A DNA stretch of 30,000 nucleotides from Acerihabitans sp. (lineage in GTDB: Bacteria; Pseudomonadota; Gammaproteobacteria; Enterobacterales; Enterobacteriaceae), in the NCBI RefSeq assembly GCF_036398755.1, contig NZ_DASWOM010000011.1:21637-51636 (forward strand), given 5' to 3'. Positions within the stretch are counted from its first letter, which is position 1, and each line of letters begins with the position of its first letter. The translations under genes were made by a program, and so were the position numbers. Below, piece after piece: positions 8,539 to 16,812 of the stretch. The notes below the pieces were generated by a model. It saw only the letters and a program-made list of their open reading frames with translations. It did not search any database and was not told the origin of the DNA.

Positions 8539-9546
8539 TTACCATTTCACCTGATCGCGCTGCCAGGCCAGCGTGCGATCGCGAACATAAAACAGCAATG
8601 TGATCAGCGAGGAAAACAGCAGCGCCATCACAATCAGCGCGGCGTACATATTGGCGTAGGCGGCCCAGCCCTGCGCCCATTGCAGATACCAGCCCAGCCC
8701 TGATTTCACCCCCATCATCTCCGCCGCCACCAGCACCGAAAACGAGGCGCCCAGCCCCATGAACAGGCCGACGAAAACGTGCGGCAGCGACGCCGGCACC
8801 GCCACCCGCAGAATCAAAAACAGCGTATTGGCGCCAAGCGTGCGCGCGACGTCATAGTAGCGGGTGTCGACGCTGGCCACCCCGGACCAGGTCAGCACCG
8901 TCACCGGGAACCAGGTGGCGAGCGCGATAAGGAAAATCGCGGCGGAAAAGCTCGACGGAAAAAAGTACAGCGACAGCGGCAGCAGCGCGGTCGACGGCAC
9001 CGGGCCGAGGAAGCGCAGGATCGGATGGACCCAGTACCCCAGCCCGCGCGACCAGCCGATGGCGACGCCGGTCACGAAACCGCTCAGGCTGCCGAAGAAA
9101 AAACCCAGCGCCAGCAAGCGCATCGAGTGCACAACGCTATCGCCCAGCCGCTGCCAATCGGTGGCATAGGCCTCGACAAGCCCGCGCGGCGGGGCAAAAA
9201 ACGGCACCGGCAGCAGGCCCAGTTTGGCGGTAGTGACTTCCCAGACCGCGATATACGCCGCCAGCGCAATCAGCCAACGGCCGGCCCATAGCAGCGGCTG
9301 CAGCAGCCAGGGCAACGAGCACAGGCGCCCGGCCGCCGCCGCCAGCGTCAGCAGCGCCGCCAGGGCGATAAACAGCTGATGGGTTTCAGTGACGAATCGC
9401 GGCGGCGCGAAGCCCTGGGGCTTGTCGGGCCACCACGCCATCAGCGCCGCCAGCGCCCACCAGGCGATTACCGCGACGATAAGCGGCGGCGACAACCGCA
9501 GGCGCGTGGTTTTATCTGCGTACAGATGCACAGCTTCACTGGACAT
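8539..9546 (-). CDS. ABC transporter permease, NitT/TauT (nitrate/sulfonate/taurine/HMP-type) family
   Basis: 335-aa polytopic protein. EAA-like loop YYDVARTLGANTLFLILRVAVPASLP. It has an N-terminal extension of about 70 aa relative to typical family members. It lies downstream of the binding-protein gene. Confidence 0.85.
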   Translation of the reverse strand: MSSEAVHLYADKTTRLRLSPPLIVAVIAWWALAALMAWWPDKPQGFAPPRFVTETHQLFIALAALLTLAAAAGRLCSLPWLLQPLLWAGRWLIALAAYIAVWEVTTAKLGLLPVPFFAPPRGLVEAYATDWQRLGDSVVHSMRLLALGFFFGSLSGFVTGVAIGWSRGLGYWVHPILRFLGPVPSTALLPLSLYFFPSSFSAAIFLIALATWFPVTVLTWSGVASVDTRYYDVARTLGANTLFLILRVAVPASLPHVFVGLFMGLGASFSVLVAAEMMGVKSGLGWYLQWAQGWAAYANMYAALIVMALLFSSLITLLFYVRDRTLAWQRDQVKW

Positions 9547-9576
9547 GCTTTCTCCTGATAACTCGCCGCAGCAGGC

Positions 9577-10629
9577 TCACGCGGCGGCGTGGTGTTCGTG
9601 ATGAGCCGCGTCCGCGGGGATCAAATCGGGTACATAATGTTCGGCAAATCGCTGTGCGTCGGTATCGGGCCGGATGACGTTGATGGTCTTCAGCTCATTG
9701 ACATAGAAGGCCACTTCCTGGCGCAGCCGCGCGCCGGTGGAATGATGTTGATGGGTATGTTCCCGCAGCATGGCGGCAATATCCCCCGGCGCCACCGTTC
9801 CCGGCACGAAGGGGGCGAAAATTTTGGCGGTCTCGTCCGGATGTTCGGCGGTCCACTGCTGGGCATCGACTATCGCCTGGGTAACGGCGCGGGCAATCGC
9901 CGGGTTTTCCCGGACCAGCGAGCCGCGCAGCCCCAGCACGCAGCAGGTGAGATTGGCGTATTCGCCGCTGAGATTGTTATCCACCTCCAGCAGGTCGTAG
10001 CGTTTTTTCAGCAGCCAGCCCTGCGGATCGTCACTGGCGATGGCCTGCACCTCGCCCTTGCGCAACGCCTCGCCGAACAGATCGGCCGGGTACTGTACCC
10101 AATTGACCTGCTTATCGGGATCGATACCCTGCCTGGCCAACTGAATGGCGAAAAAGTTGCGGATCGGACTGGCCTGGTCGCTGACCGCCACCGATTTGCC
10201 CACCAGATCCTTAACACCGCCGATACCGGCGGTTTTCGGCGCCAGCAAGCGCATGCAGCCGCCGTGCGTGCCAACGGTAAGATCGACGTCAAAGCCCTGT
10301 TCCAGCGGTTTTAGCCAGCGCAGCGCCATGCCGATGCCGCCATCCGCCTGCCCGGTGGCGATGGCCTGCAACAGCGCGTCGGTGGGACCGCTGAAATTGA
10401 CCGGTTCGACGTTCAGGCCGTAGCGTGTGAAAAACCCCTGTTTCAGCGCCACCGAAATGGGCGACTGGCAGACCGCGGTCTGGCCCCAGGCCAGCTTGAT
10501 GGTTTTCAGTTGCGTATCGGCCGCACGCGCAAGCGTAGGTAATAACGGACTCAGGCTGAGACCCGCGCCGACAAGACCCACATTGCGCAAAAAATGCCGC
10601 CGGGAAAACGTTAAATTATTGTTGCCCAT
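9577..10629 (-). CDS. Periplasmic substrate-binding protein, NMT1/THI5-like (SsuA/TauA/ThiY class), Tat-exported
   Basis: 350 aa. Twin-arginine signal FSRRHFLRNVGLVGAGLSL...ARA. NMT1-like body. Contains the His-rich segments HTHQHH and C-terminal AAHHEHHAAA. Confidence 0.8.
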   Translation of the reverse strand: MGNNNLTFSRRHFLRNVGLVGAGLSLSPLLPTLARAADTQLKTIKLAWGQTAVCQSPISVALKQGFFTRYGLNVEPVNFSGPTDALLQAIATGQADGGIGMALRWLKPLEQGFDVDLTVGTHGGCMRLLAPKTAGIGGVKDLVGKSVAVSDQASPIRNFFAIQLARQGIDPDKQVNWVQYPADLFGEALRKGEVQAIASDDPQGWLLKKRYDLLEVDNNLSGEYANLTCCVLGLRGSLVRENPAIARAVTQAIVDAQQWTAEHPDETAKIFAPFVPGTVAPGDIAAMLREHTHQHHSTGARLRQEVAFYVNELKTINVIRPDTDAQRFAEHYVPDLIPADAAHHEHHAAA

Positions 10630-10819
10630 TTTTGTTATTTACCTATTTGAGGATGTTTATAATTATTACTATCCGCATAAAGGTGCGAAGAATTAAATAA
10701 CATTTTCTCATATTCAAATGTGATTATTTATTTGCGTTTTACGGCTTAACTTAATTCATTATTCGCATTTCCTTTTTTCTTCCGCCGGCGTTAGGTTGCT
10801 TAGCTACAGGAGAAAAATA

Positions 10820-11617
10820 ATGGCATCTATCCCGCTGGAAAATAGTCGTGGCCTGGAATTGAATGTGGCGAATGTCAGCCACCAGTTTTATTTGGGCGGC
10901 AAAACGTTACCGGTATTGGATCGGGTCTCGCTGAAGGTGCGCGCCGGGGAATTTGTGGCGCTGCTGGGGCCTTCGGGCTGCGGTAAATCCACCTTGCTGC
11001 GGCTGGTCGCCGGCCTGGATTCACCCACCTCGGGCGCTATCACCGAAGACAATGTGGCGCTGGTGGCCCCGGCGCCGTCCAGGGTGGTGGTCTTCCAGGA
11101 TCCCACGCTTTACCCCTGGCGCACGGTCTATGACAACGTCGGCCTGGGATTGCAGACCGGGAAAAAGCGGCCGCCGGACGCGCGATCGCGGATTGAACGC
11201 ATCCTGCAGCGGGTAGGGCTGGCGGAGTTCGCCAATGCCTGGCCCAGCCAGCTTTCCGGCGGCATGGCCCAGCGCGCGGCATTGGCCAGGGCGCTTATCA
11301 ACCATCCGCGCCTGCTGATCCTGGATGAACCGCTGGGCAAGCTGGATTCCCTGACGCGAATCCATATGCAGCGCGAACTGGTCGATTTATGGCGCGAGCA
11401 GCGCTTCAGCGCACTGATGGTGACGCATGACGTGGAGGAGGCGCTGCTGATGGCCAATCGCGTGATTATCTTCAGTCCCCGGCCGGCGTCCATCATCGAC
11501 ACCATCGAGGTGGAATTACCCTATCCGCGGCGCCGCAGCGATCCGCGGTTAATCGCCCTGCGTACGCAGGCTTTAGCGCAATTAGGCGCGGAATCAGCCA
11601 TGGAAGAACCATCATGA
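10820..11617 (+). CDS. ABC transporter ATP-binding protein (SsuB/TauB-like)
   Basis: The track ORF begins at TTG 10796. I prefer ATG 10820, which is preceded by AGGAG at 10808-10812. Walker A GPSGCGKST, signature LSGGMAQR, Walker B LLILDEP and H-loop MVTHD are all present. Confidence 0.9.
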   Translation: MASIPLENSRGLELNVANVSHQFYLGGKTLPVLDRVSLKVRAGEFVALLGPSGCGKSTLLRLVAGLDSPTSGAITEDNVALVAPAPSRVVVFQDPTLYPWRTVYDNVGLGLQTGKKRPPDARSRIERILQRVGLAEFANAWPSQLSGGMAQRAALARALINHPRLLILDEPLGKLDSLTRIHMQRELVDLWREQRFSALMVTHDVEEALLMANRVIIFSPRPASIIDTIEVELPYPRRRSDPRLIALRTQALAQLGAESAMEEPS

Positions 11618-12144
11618 GCAACTTGCAACAGTATTTGGTGCAAAAACGCGCGGCGTTGCTGGCGCGCAATGCCGTCGATCCCGCCACCCTGGCGCCGGTG
11701 ACGCTGAAAGCGCGCGCCACGGCGGAAGGGCGCAGCGGCATCCGTCATATCCGTATCCGCCAGCATCATATTATCAGCGATAGTCCGGCGGATTTTGCCG
11801 GCTACGACCTGGGGCCGGCCTCGCCCGAGATTTTCCTCGGCTCGCTGTCCAGTTGTCTGACGCATATTTTCCTGATCCACGCAGCCGACCGCCAGATCCC
11901 GCTGTCGCGCCTGGAAGTGGAGGTACAGGCGGAAATCGATCAGCGCGGCGGCAAGGCGCCCGGCTTTGAAACGGTGCCGTTCTATCCCTACAATATTCGC
12001 TATATCGTCGAACTGGACTCCAGCGCCAGCGAAGCGGAGATAGCCGCCCTGCACCACGCGGTGGAAACCTGGTGCCCGGTGCTGAACCTCATCAAAAACC
12101 CGCAGTCGCTGGAAGGCACGCTGATTTATAAACACGTCGCCTGA
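11614..12144 (+). CDS. OsmC/Ohr-family protein (putative thiol peroxidase-like)
   Basis: 176 aa. It has the two-cysteine pattern of the family (SSCLTHIF ... WCPVLNL). The ATG overlaps the ATPase stop as ATGA at 11614-11617. Confidence 0.7.
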   Translation: MSNLQQYLVQKRAALLARNAVDPATLAPVTLKARATAEGRSGIRHIRIRQHHIISDSPADFAGYDLGPASPEIFLGSLSSCLTHIFLIHAADRQIPLSRLEVEVQAEIDQRGGKAPGFETVPFYPYNIRYIVELDSSASEAEIAALHHAVETWCPVLNLIKNPQSLEGTLIYKHVA

Positions 12145-12197
12145 CATCCCCGCCAATACGGCGGGTCTCGCCAGGCCGCCCGCGCCGGGTGTAAAAA

Positions 12198-12905
12198 CTA
12201 GTAGCGGGCGGGCTTGGCCGCAAATTTCGACAGGGTCGCGTAGGTGAGTTTTTCAAGATACTTCATCAACCGGCGCACCGCCAGTCGCGCGGCCCGCTCA
12301 TCTCGGGCGATAATCGTGTTCAACACATCGCTGTGGCATTTCGCGCCTTCGGCGAAGGCTTGGTTTTGCTGGATATTTTGATACCAGAATCGTCGCGACT
12401 GGGCATGACTGGTCATCATGATCTGGGTCAACATGCTGTTGTGCGCGGCTTTGACTTCATTTTCATGAATCTGGCGATTATATTTAAGATATTGAATCGT
12501 ATCGCCCTTGGCCGCCGCCTGAAGAATGCCGCGGCTGAGGTGGGCCATGACGTCAAGCTCTTCGGCGGTTGCGCGCACGCAGGCGCATCCGACCATCAAC
12601 TCTTCCAACGGTTTTCTCACCTCCAACAGCTCAAATTGCTGGTGAATGTCGGTACCGCAGACCATAGTGCCGCGACGGGGCTGCATTTCCACGAAACCAA
12701 TCTGGCGCAAACGTTGCAAGGCTTCACGAATTGGCGTGCGGCCCATATTGAGCTGGGTCGCCAATTGCTGCTCTGACACCATCGTATTGGGCGGTAGTTG
12801 CCGCATCACGATCATCTCTTCCAGCTGTTCAAAAGCGATATCCGTCAATCTCAGCTCGGGTTCCGGCCGCATGGCCACGATCGCGTCCCCTTTTTTTGCA
12901 CTCAT
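12198..12905 (-). CDS. GntR-family transcriptional regulator, FadR/FCD subfamily
   Basis: Winged-HTH segment SEQQLATQLNMGRTPIREALQRLRQIGFVEMQPRRGTMV followed by an all-helical FCD-like C-terminal domain. I prefer the start at 12905 (MSAKKG...) with AAGGA 7 nt upstream. The track start at 12965 would add an implausible hydrophobic extension. Confidence 0.85.
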   Translation of the reverse strand: MSAKKGDAIVAMRPEPELRLTDIAFEQLEEMIVMRQLPPNTMVSEQQLATQLNMGRTPIREALQRLRQIGFVEMQPRRGTMVCGTDIHQQFELLEVRKPLEELMVGCACVRATAEELDVMAHLSRGILQAAAKGDTIQYLKYNRQIHENEVKAAHNSMLTQIMMTSHAQSRRFWYQNIQQNQAFAEGAKCHSDVLNTIIARDERAARLAVRRLMKYLEKLTYATLSKFAAKPARY

Positions 12906-12955
12906 CCACATATCCTTTCCGTTGCACTTGACACTGAATAGTATACATATTAAAC

Positions 12956-12985
12956 ATGTCGACATCTGACATATCAGGAGTCGAC
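12956..12985. promoter_or_regulatory. Candidate GntR/FCD operator in the divergent regulator/operon spacer
   Basis: A perfect 10-bp palindrome ATGTCGACAT (12956-12965) fits the GT-N-AC core of FadR-subfamily operators. It is nested in a 28-bp imperfect palindrome (12958-12985, 11 of 14 matches per half) bounded by two GTCGAC copies and covering the AGGAG RBS of the FAD-oxidoreductase gene. Confidence 0.4.
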
Positions 12986-12988
12986 AAT

Positions 12989-14332
12989 ATGGATATCAAT
13001 ATAACCGATCGTCGCGGGGTCCAGGCCCGTGATTGCGATGTGCTGGTCGTTGGCGGCGGCGCAGCCGGTCTGGCCTGCGCGGTAACGGCGGCGCGACAGG
13101 GTTTGAACGTCATTTTGCTGGAGCGTTATGGCTATTGCGGTGGCGGGGCGGTCGCCGGCCTTTCGGGGACAGTGTGCGGTTTATACCTGGCGAGTGAAAC
13201 GGCGGAGCAAAAGCCGCAGCAGATTGTTTTTGGTTTTACCGAGACGTTTTGCCAGGCATTAGAGGCCCGGGGCGGCCTGAGTGAACCGCTGCGTTACGGC
13301 AAGACGTGGACGCGCGTTCATGATCCGCTGAAATGGCGAATGACGGCCGATGATTTATTATGCGATGCCGGTGTAAACGTGATTTACCACTCGGTTGCTA
13401 TTGGCGTGTTGCTTGACGGCGGCGAGAAAGTCGATGGCGCCATGGTCTGGACCAAAGAGGGATTATTGCGCATCAACGCCGGGATAACCGTTGACGCCAG
13501 CGGCGATGCCGACGTCGTCGCGATGGCGGGCCGGCCCGATATCATAGGGGACCAGGGCGTGGTGCAGAATCCCACCATGATATTTCATTTACAGGGTGTG
13601 GATGTGCCCCGGTTTCTGGCCCGCCATGGTGCCGATACCATTATGGATGAATCGGTTTCCGCGCTGATTTATGAGAAGAACCAGTCGGGAGCCTATGCCT
13701 TGCCCCGCAATAAAATCTGGCTGTTCCCCACCACCCAGCCGGGTGAACTCCTGTGCAACTGTACCCGCATTACCGGTTGCGATAATCGTGAACTCAACGC
13801 CCTCTATTACCGTGATTTTACCGAGGCGGAAATAAACGGACGACGGCAGGCTATGGAATATGCGCGGTTTTTCCGCGATAACCTGACCGGATGCGAACAC
13901 GCCTGGTTAAGCGACACCGCGCATCAGGTCGGTATCCGCCAGAGCCGTCAGCTGCGGGGGCGGAGGGAGCTGAAAAACGCCGATGTGGTCAATGGCCGCA
14001 AATGTGCCGCCGCCATTGCCCGTTCCGCCTGGCCAATCGAGCTTCATGCGGGGAGCAAACCCAAAGTGGAATGGCTGCTGGACGATTATTACGACATTCC
14101 CTACGACTGTTTTGTGCCCGCATCAGGGCGGGGATTGCTGGTCGCCGGGCGCTGCCTGTCGGCCGAGCATGAAGCGGTCGCCTCCGCCAGGGTGACCGCC
14201 CAATGTTTTGCCTACGGCCATGCCATCGGCCACGCCGCCGCGATTGCGGTGAATAACGGCCTGGATCCCGATGAGATCGACCCATTGGAGATTCGCCAAT
14301 TTTTGCGCCGCGATGGCGCATCTCTGGAATGA
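12989..14332 (+). CDS. FAD-dependent oxidoreductase (FAD_oxidored/GIDA-like family, substrate unknown)
   Basis: Dinucleotide fold DVLVVGGGAAGLACAVTAARQGLNVILLERYGYCGGG. I prefer ATG 12989, preceded by AGGAG at 12976-12980. The track start is 12956. Confidence 0.8.
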   Translation: MDINITDRRGVQARDCDVLVVGGGAAGLACAVTAARQGLNVILLERYGYCGGGAVAGLSGTVCGLYLASETAEQKPQQIVFGFTETFCQALEARGGLSEPLRYGKTWTRVHDPLKWRMTADDLLCDAGVNVIYHSVAIGVLLDGGEKVDGAMVWTKEGLLRINAGITVDASGDADVVAMAGRPDIIGDQGVVQNPTMIFHLQGVDVPRFLARHGADTIMDESVSALIYEKNQSGAYALPRNKIWLFPTTQPGELLCNCTRITGCDNRELNALYYRDFTEAEINGRRQAMEYARFFRDNLTGCEHAWLSDTAHQVGIRQSRQLRGRRELKNADVVNGRKCAAAIARSAWPIELHAGSKPKVEWLLDDYYDIPYDCFVPASGRGLLVAGRCLSAEHEAVASARVTAQCFAYGHAIGHAAAIAVNNGLDPDEIDPLEIRQFLRRDGASLE

Positions 14333-14349
14333 CCCAGGAGTGTTAAATC

Positions 14350-15093
14350 ATGTTGAGTGTTGAAACCCACGGCGCTACCCGTCGTCTGATCCTCAGTCGC
14401 CCCGAGCGCAGGAACGCCTTGGGCGGTGAAATCATGTCCATGCTGTTGGCCGAATTGAAACAGGCGGAGCGGGAGCCTCAAATCCGGGCCATTGTGCTGA
14501 CCGGCGCGCCCCCCGCGTTTTGCGCAGGCAGTGATTTAAAGGAGCTGGGCGGATTATCCATAGCCGATATGTGTCTGCACGAAGCGGATACGGCCGCGGT
14601 TGCCCGCTATTTCGCGGTGCTGAGCAAGCCGATTATCGCCGCGGTCGAGGGTTACGCGCTAGGGGGCGGTTTTATCCTGGCGGCGTCTTGTGACGTGGTG
14701 GTCAGTGCTGCCGATGCGCGCTGGCATTTGCCTGAAGTGTCCAACGGCTGGTTGCCGCCATGGGGCCTGCAGGCGCTGATTGCCCGCACCGGCGCGCATC
14801 GCGCGCGCGCGTTGTGCTGGGGCATTGCCGCCATGGACGGCGCCCAGGCACAGGCCATCGGCCTGGTCGACCAGATCTGTCAACCCACGCGGGCCGATGA
14901 GCAGGCCATGGCCATCGCGGAAAAATTCGCCTTGCTGCCGCCATCGGCGGTGGCTTCGTGCAAGCGCTATTTTGATCCCCTTTTGAATAATAATGCGGAC
15001 TATCTTGACCGCCTCGCTTCCCGGCACTTTGCCGACGATTGCCTTGGCGGCCAGGCACAAACCGTCCTCGCCAAATATGGAGAAAAAAAATGA
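14350..15093 (+). CDS. Crotonase-superfamily enzyme (enoyl-CoA hydratase/isomerase family), atypical active site
   Basis: 247 aa. Oxyanion-hole segments FCAGSDLKE and GYALGGGFILAASCD. AGGAG RBS at 14335-14339. The canonical GGGxE glutamate reads GGGFI here. Confidence 0.85.
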   Translation: MLSVETHGATRRLILSRPERRNALGGEIMSMLLAELKQAEREPQIRAIVLTGAPPAFCAGSDLKELGGLSIADMCLHEADTAAVARYFAVLSKPIIAAVEGYALGGGFILAASCDVVVSAADARWHLPEVSNGWLPPWGLQALIARTGAHRARALCWGIAAMDGAQAQAIGLVDQICQPTRADEQAMAIAEKFALLPPSAVASCKRYFDPLLNNNADYLDRLASRHFADDCLGGQAQTVLAKYGEKK

Positions 15094-16655
15094 ATAAAAT
15101 CATGACGGCGGAACAGGCCGTCGCCGGTATTCAAGACGGACAAACCGTGGCGGCGGTGGGCGTAATCGGGTGGATTGTGCCGGACCAGACGCTGAAGGCA
15201 TTAGGCCAACGTTTCAAAAATACCGGCGCGCCGCGCAACCTGACTTTTTATTTCCCCTGCGGCACCGGTGATGCGGTAAATATCAAGGGCATGGACCATG
15301 TAGCGCAGCCAGGACTGATGAAGCGCATTGTCTCAGGTTCGTATATCAATCCCGTCGATCCCGCCACCGGTAAGCGGCCGGCCCTGATGGGATTGATACA
15401 GGATAATAACGTTGAGGCCTATTCATGGCCGATCGGCGCTTCCATGCAATGGCTACGTGAAGTGGCGCGAAAATCTCCCGGCTATATTTCCCGCATCGGC
15501 TTAGGCACCTATGTCGACCCCGATTTTGGCGGCGGCAAGTTTACCGCCCGCTGTGAAGAAGACTTAATCCGTAAAATCCATATTGATGGAGAAGAGCTGC
15601 TTTATTACCCGACATGGGATATTGATGTGGCCATAATCCGCGCCAGCAGCGCGGATGAGTTTGGCAATCTTTCTTTCGAGGAGGAGCCGTTGCTGTCGTC
15701 TGGCATAGCGCTGGCGCTTGCCGCCAAAGCCTGCGGCGGCAAAGTCATCGCGCAGGTAAAAAATATCGTCAAGCGGGGTGAACGCCTGGCCAACGACATT
15801 CGTCTTCCGGGTATTTTTATCGACAGCATCGTCCAGGATCCCGATATGCACATGGGCAGCAATGTCGGCGACGACAAACATTATCTGCAACCTGCCGTTG
15901 CGTTTACTCATTTGCCGGATATTCCCTTCGGTCCGGATAAAGTTATCGCCCGCCGCGCCGCAAAAGAAGTGCGCCGGCAAGAACTGTCGATATTCGGGTT
16001 TGGCGCGGCGGCGGATATTCCGCTGGTTATGGTCGAGCAGGGTATTATCGATCCCGGCAATTGCTATGAGGATTACTGGTTCACCACTGAGCACGGATCT
16101 TATGGCGGTATTGTCATGAATGGCTGGCAATTCTCCGCCAATCGCCATCCTGACGCATTGCTGGACGGCTTGACGCAATTTGATGTAATCGATGGAGGAT
16201 TATGTCGTTTTGCCGCCCTAGCGTTCGCGGAATATGACGCGCGCGGCAACGTCAACGTCAGTAAATTTGGCAAGGCCAACCCCGGCGCGGGAGGCTTTAC
16301 CGATATTGCCTTTAACGCGCGGCGCCTGGTTTTTACCGGCTCGTTCACCACCGGCGGCCTGGATATTGCCTATCAACAAGGAAAGATGCATATCCGCCAG
16401 GAAGGCAAGGTCAGTAAATTTGTTCATCAGGCGCAAAGCATTACCTATGCTGTCGGACAGGGGATAAAGAAAGGGCAGGACGCGCTGATTATTACCGAAC
16501 GGGCGGTGTTTGAAGCGACGGCGGACGGCCTGATATTAACCGAAATTGCCCCGGGCGCGGATTTGCAGCGCGACATTCTTGATAAAATGGAGTTCGCTCC
16601 CGTTGGTATCCTTGATCCGCTTCCTTTGATGGAATCATCATTATTCGTTGAATAA
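15090..16655 (+). CDS. Fused alpha/beta acyl-CoA:acetate/3-ketoacid CoA-transferase (YdiF-like, family I)
   Basis: Collinear with E. coli YdiF as I recall it (IGLGTYVDP, LLYYP, ITERAVF, LTEIAPGADLQRDILDKMEF). A candidate catalytic Glu lies in TTEHGSYGG. ATG 15090 overlaps the crotonase stop (ATGA), with GGAG at 15079-15082. Confidence 0.88.
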   Translation: MNKIMTAEQAVAGIQDGQTVAAVGVIGWIVPDQTLKALGQRFKNTGAPRNLTFYFPCGTGDAVNIKGMDHVAQPGLMKRIVSGSYINPVDPATGKRPALMGLIQDNNVEAYSWPIGASMQWLREVARKSPGYISRIGLGTYVDPDFGGGKFTARCEEDLIRKIHIDGEELLYYPTWDIDVAIIRASSADEFGNLSFEEEPLLSSGIALALAAKACGGKVIAQVKNIVKRGERLANDIRLPGIFIDSIVQDPDMHMGSNVGDDKHYLQPAVAFTHLPDIPFGPDKVIARRAAKEVRRQELSIFGFGAAADIPLVMVEQGIIDPGNCYEDYWFTTEHGSYGGIVMNGWQFSANRHPDALLDGLTQFDVIDGGLCRFAALAFAEYDARGNVNVSKFGKANPGAGGFTDIAFNARRLVFTGSFTTGGLDIAYQQGKMHIRQEGKVSKFVHQAQSITYAVGQGIKKGQDALIITERAVFEATADGLILTEIAPGADLQRDILDKMEFAPVGILDPLPLMESSLFVE

Positions 16656-16664
16656 TAATTAATG

Positions 16665-16688
16665 AGGCCTGTTATATTCAACAGGCCT
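16665..16688 (+). terminator. Stem-loop after the CoA-transferase gene (possible attenuating terminator or RNA stabiliser)
   Basis: Perfect 9-bp stem AGGCCTGTT/AACAGGCCT with a 6-nt loop, 10 nt after the stop. Only TT follows, so there is no proper U-tract. Confidence 0.4.
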
Positions 16689-16812
16689 TGAGCCGTATCT
16701 GTCCCTATATTAGCCGCAAACGGCGGGCGCCGTTAATACTGTTATTATCGGTCTCGCCGCCGTCGGCTAAACCTACAATAAATTATATGGCGACAAGCCA
16801 GAGGGTACTTCT

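Noticed and set aside
10694-10730. An imperfect AT-rich inverted repeat, TAAATAACATTT ... AAATGTGATTATTTA, in the divergent ABC-transporter spacer.
   Set aside because: It is low-complexity AT-rich sequence, where such symmetry is common. The match needs a 3-nt bulge. No local regulator is encoded. It might still be a binding site, but the evidence is too weak to call.
6969-10819. A search for SAM, TPP, cobalamin or other riboswitch-like leaders upstream of the MetE-like gene, the tct operon and the ABC-transporter genes.
   Set aside because: I could not recognise any conserved riboswitch core motif (for example the TPP CUGAGA/ACCUGA elements or SAM-I helices) in these leaders by eye. A covariance-model scan would be needed to exclude them.
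2048-16655. Linking the thiol dioxygenase (module B) with the CoA-transferase and flavoprotein (module D) into a pathway running from 3-mercaptopropionate through 3-sulfinopropionate and its CoA ester to desulfination.
   Set aside because: The modules are 9 kb apart, have separate regulators and different base composition. The flavoprotein is not of the acyl-CoA-dehydrogenase-like desulfinase type. This is pure speculation with no sequence support.
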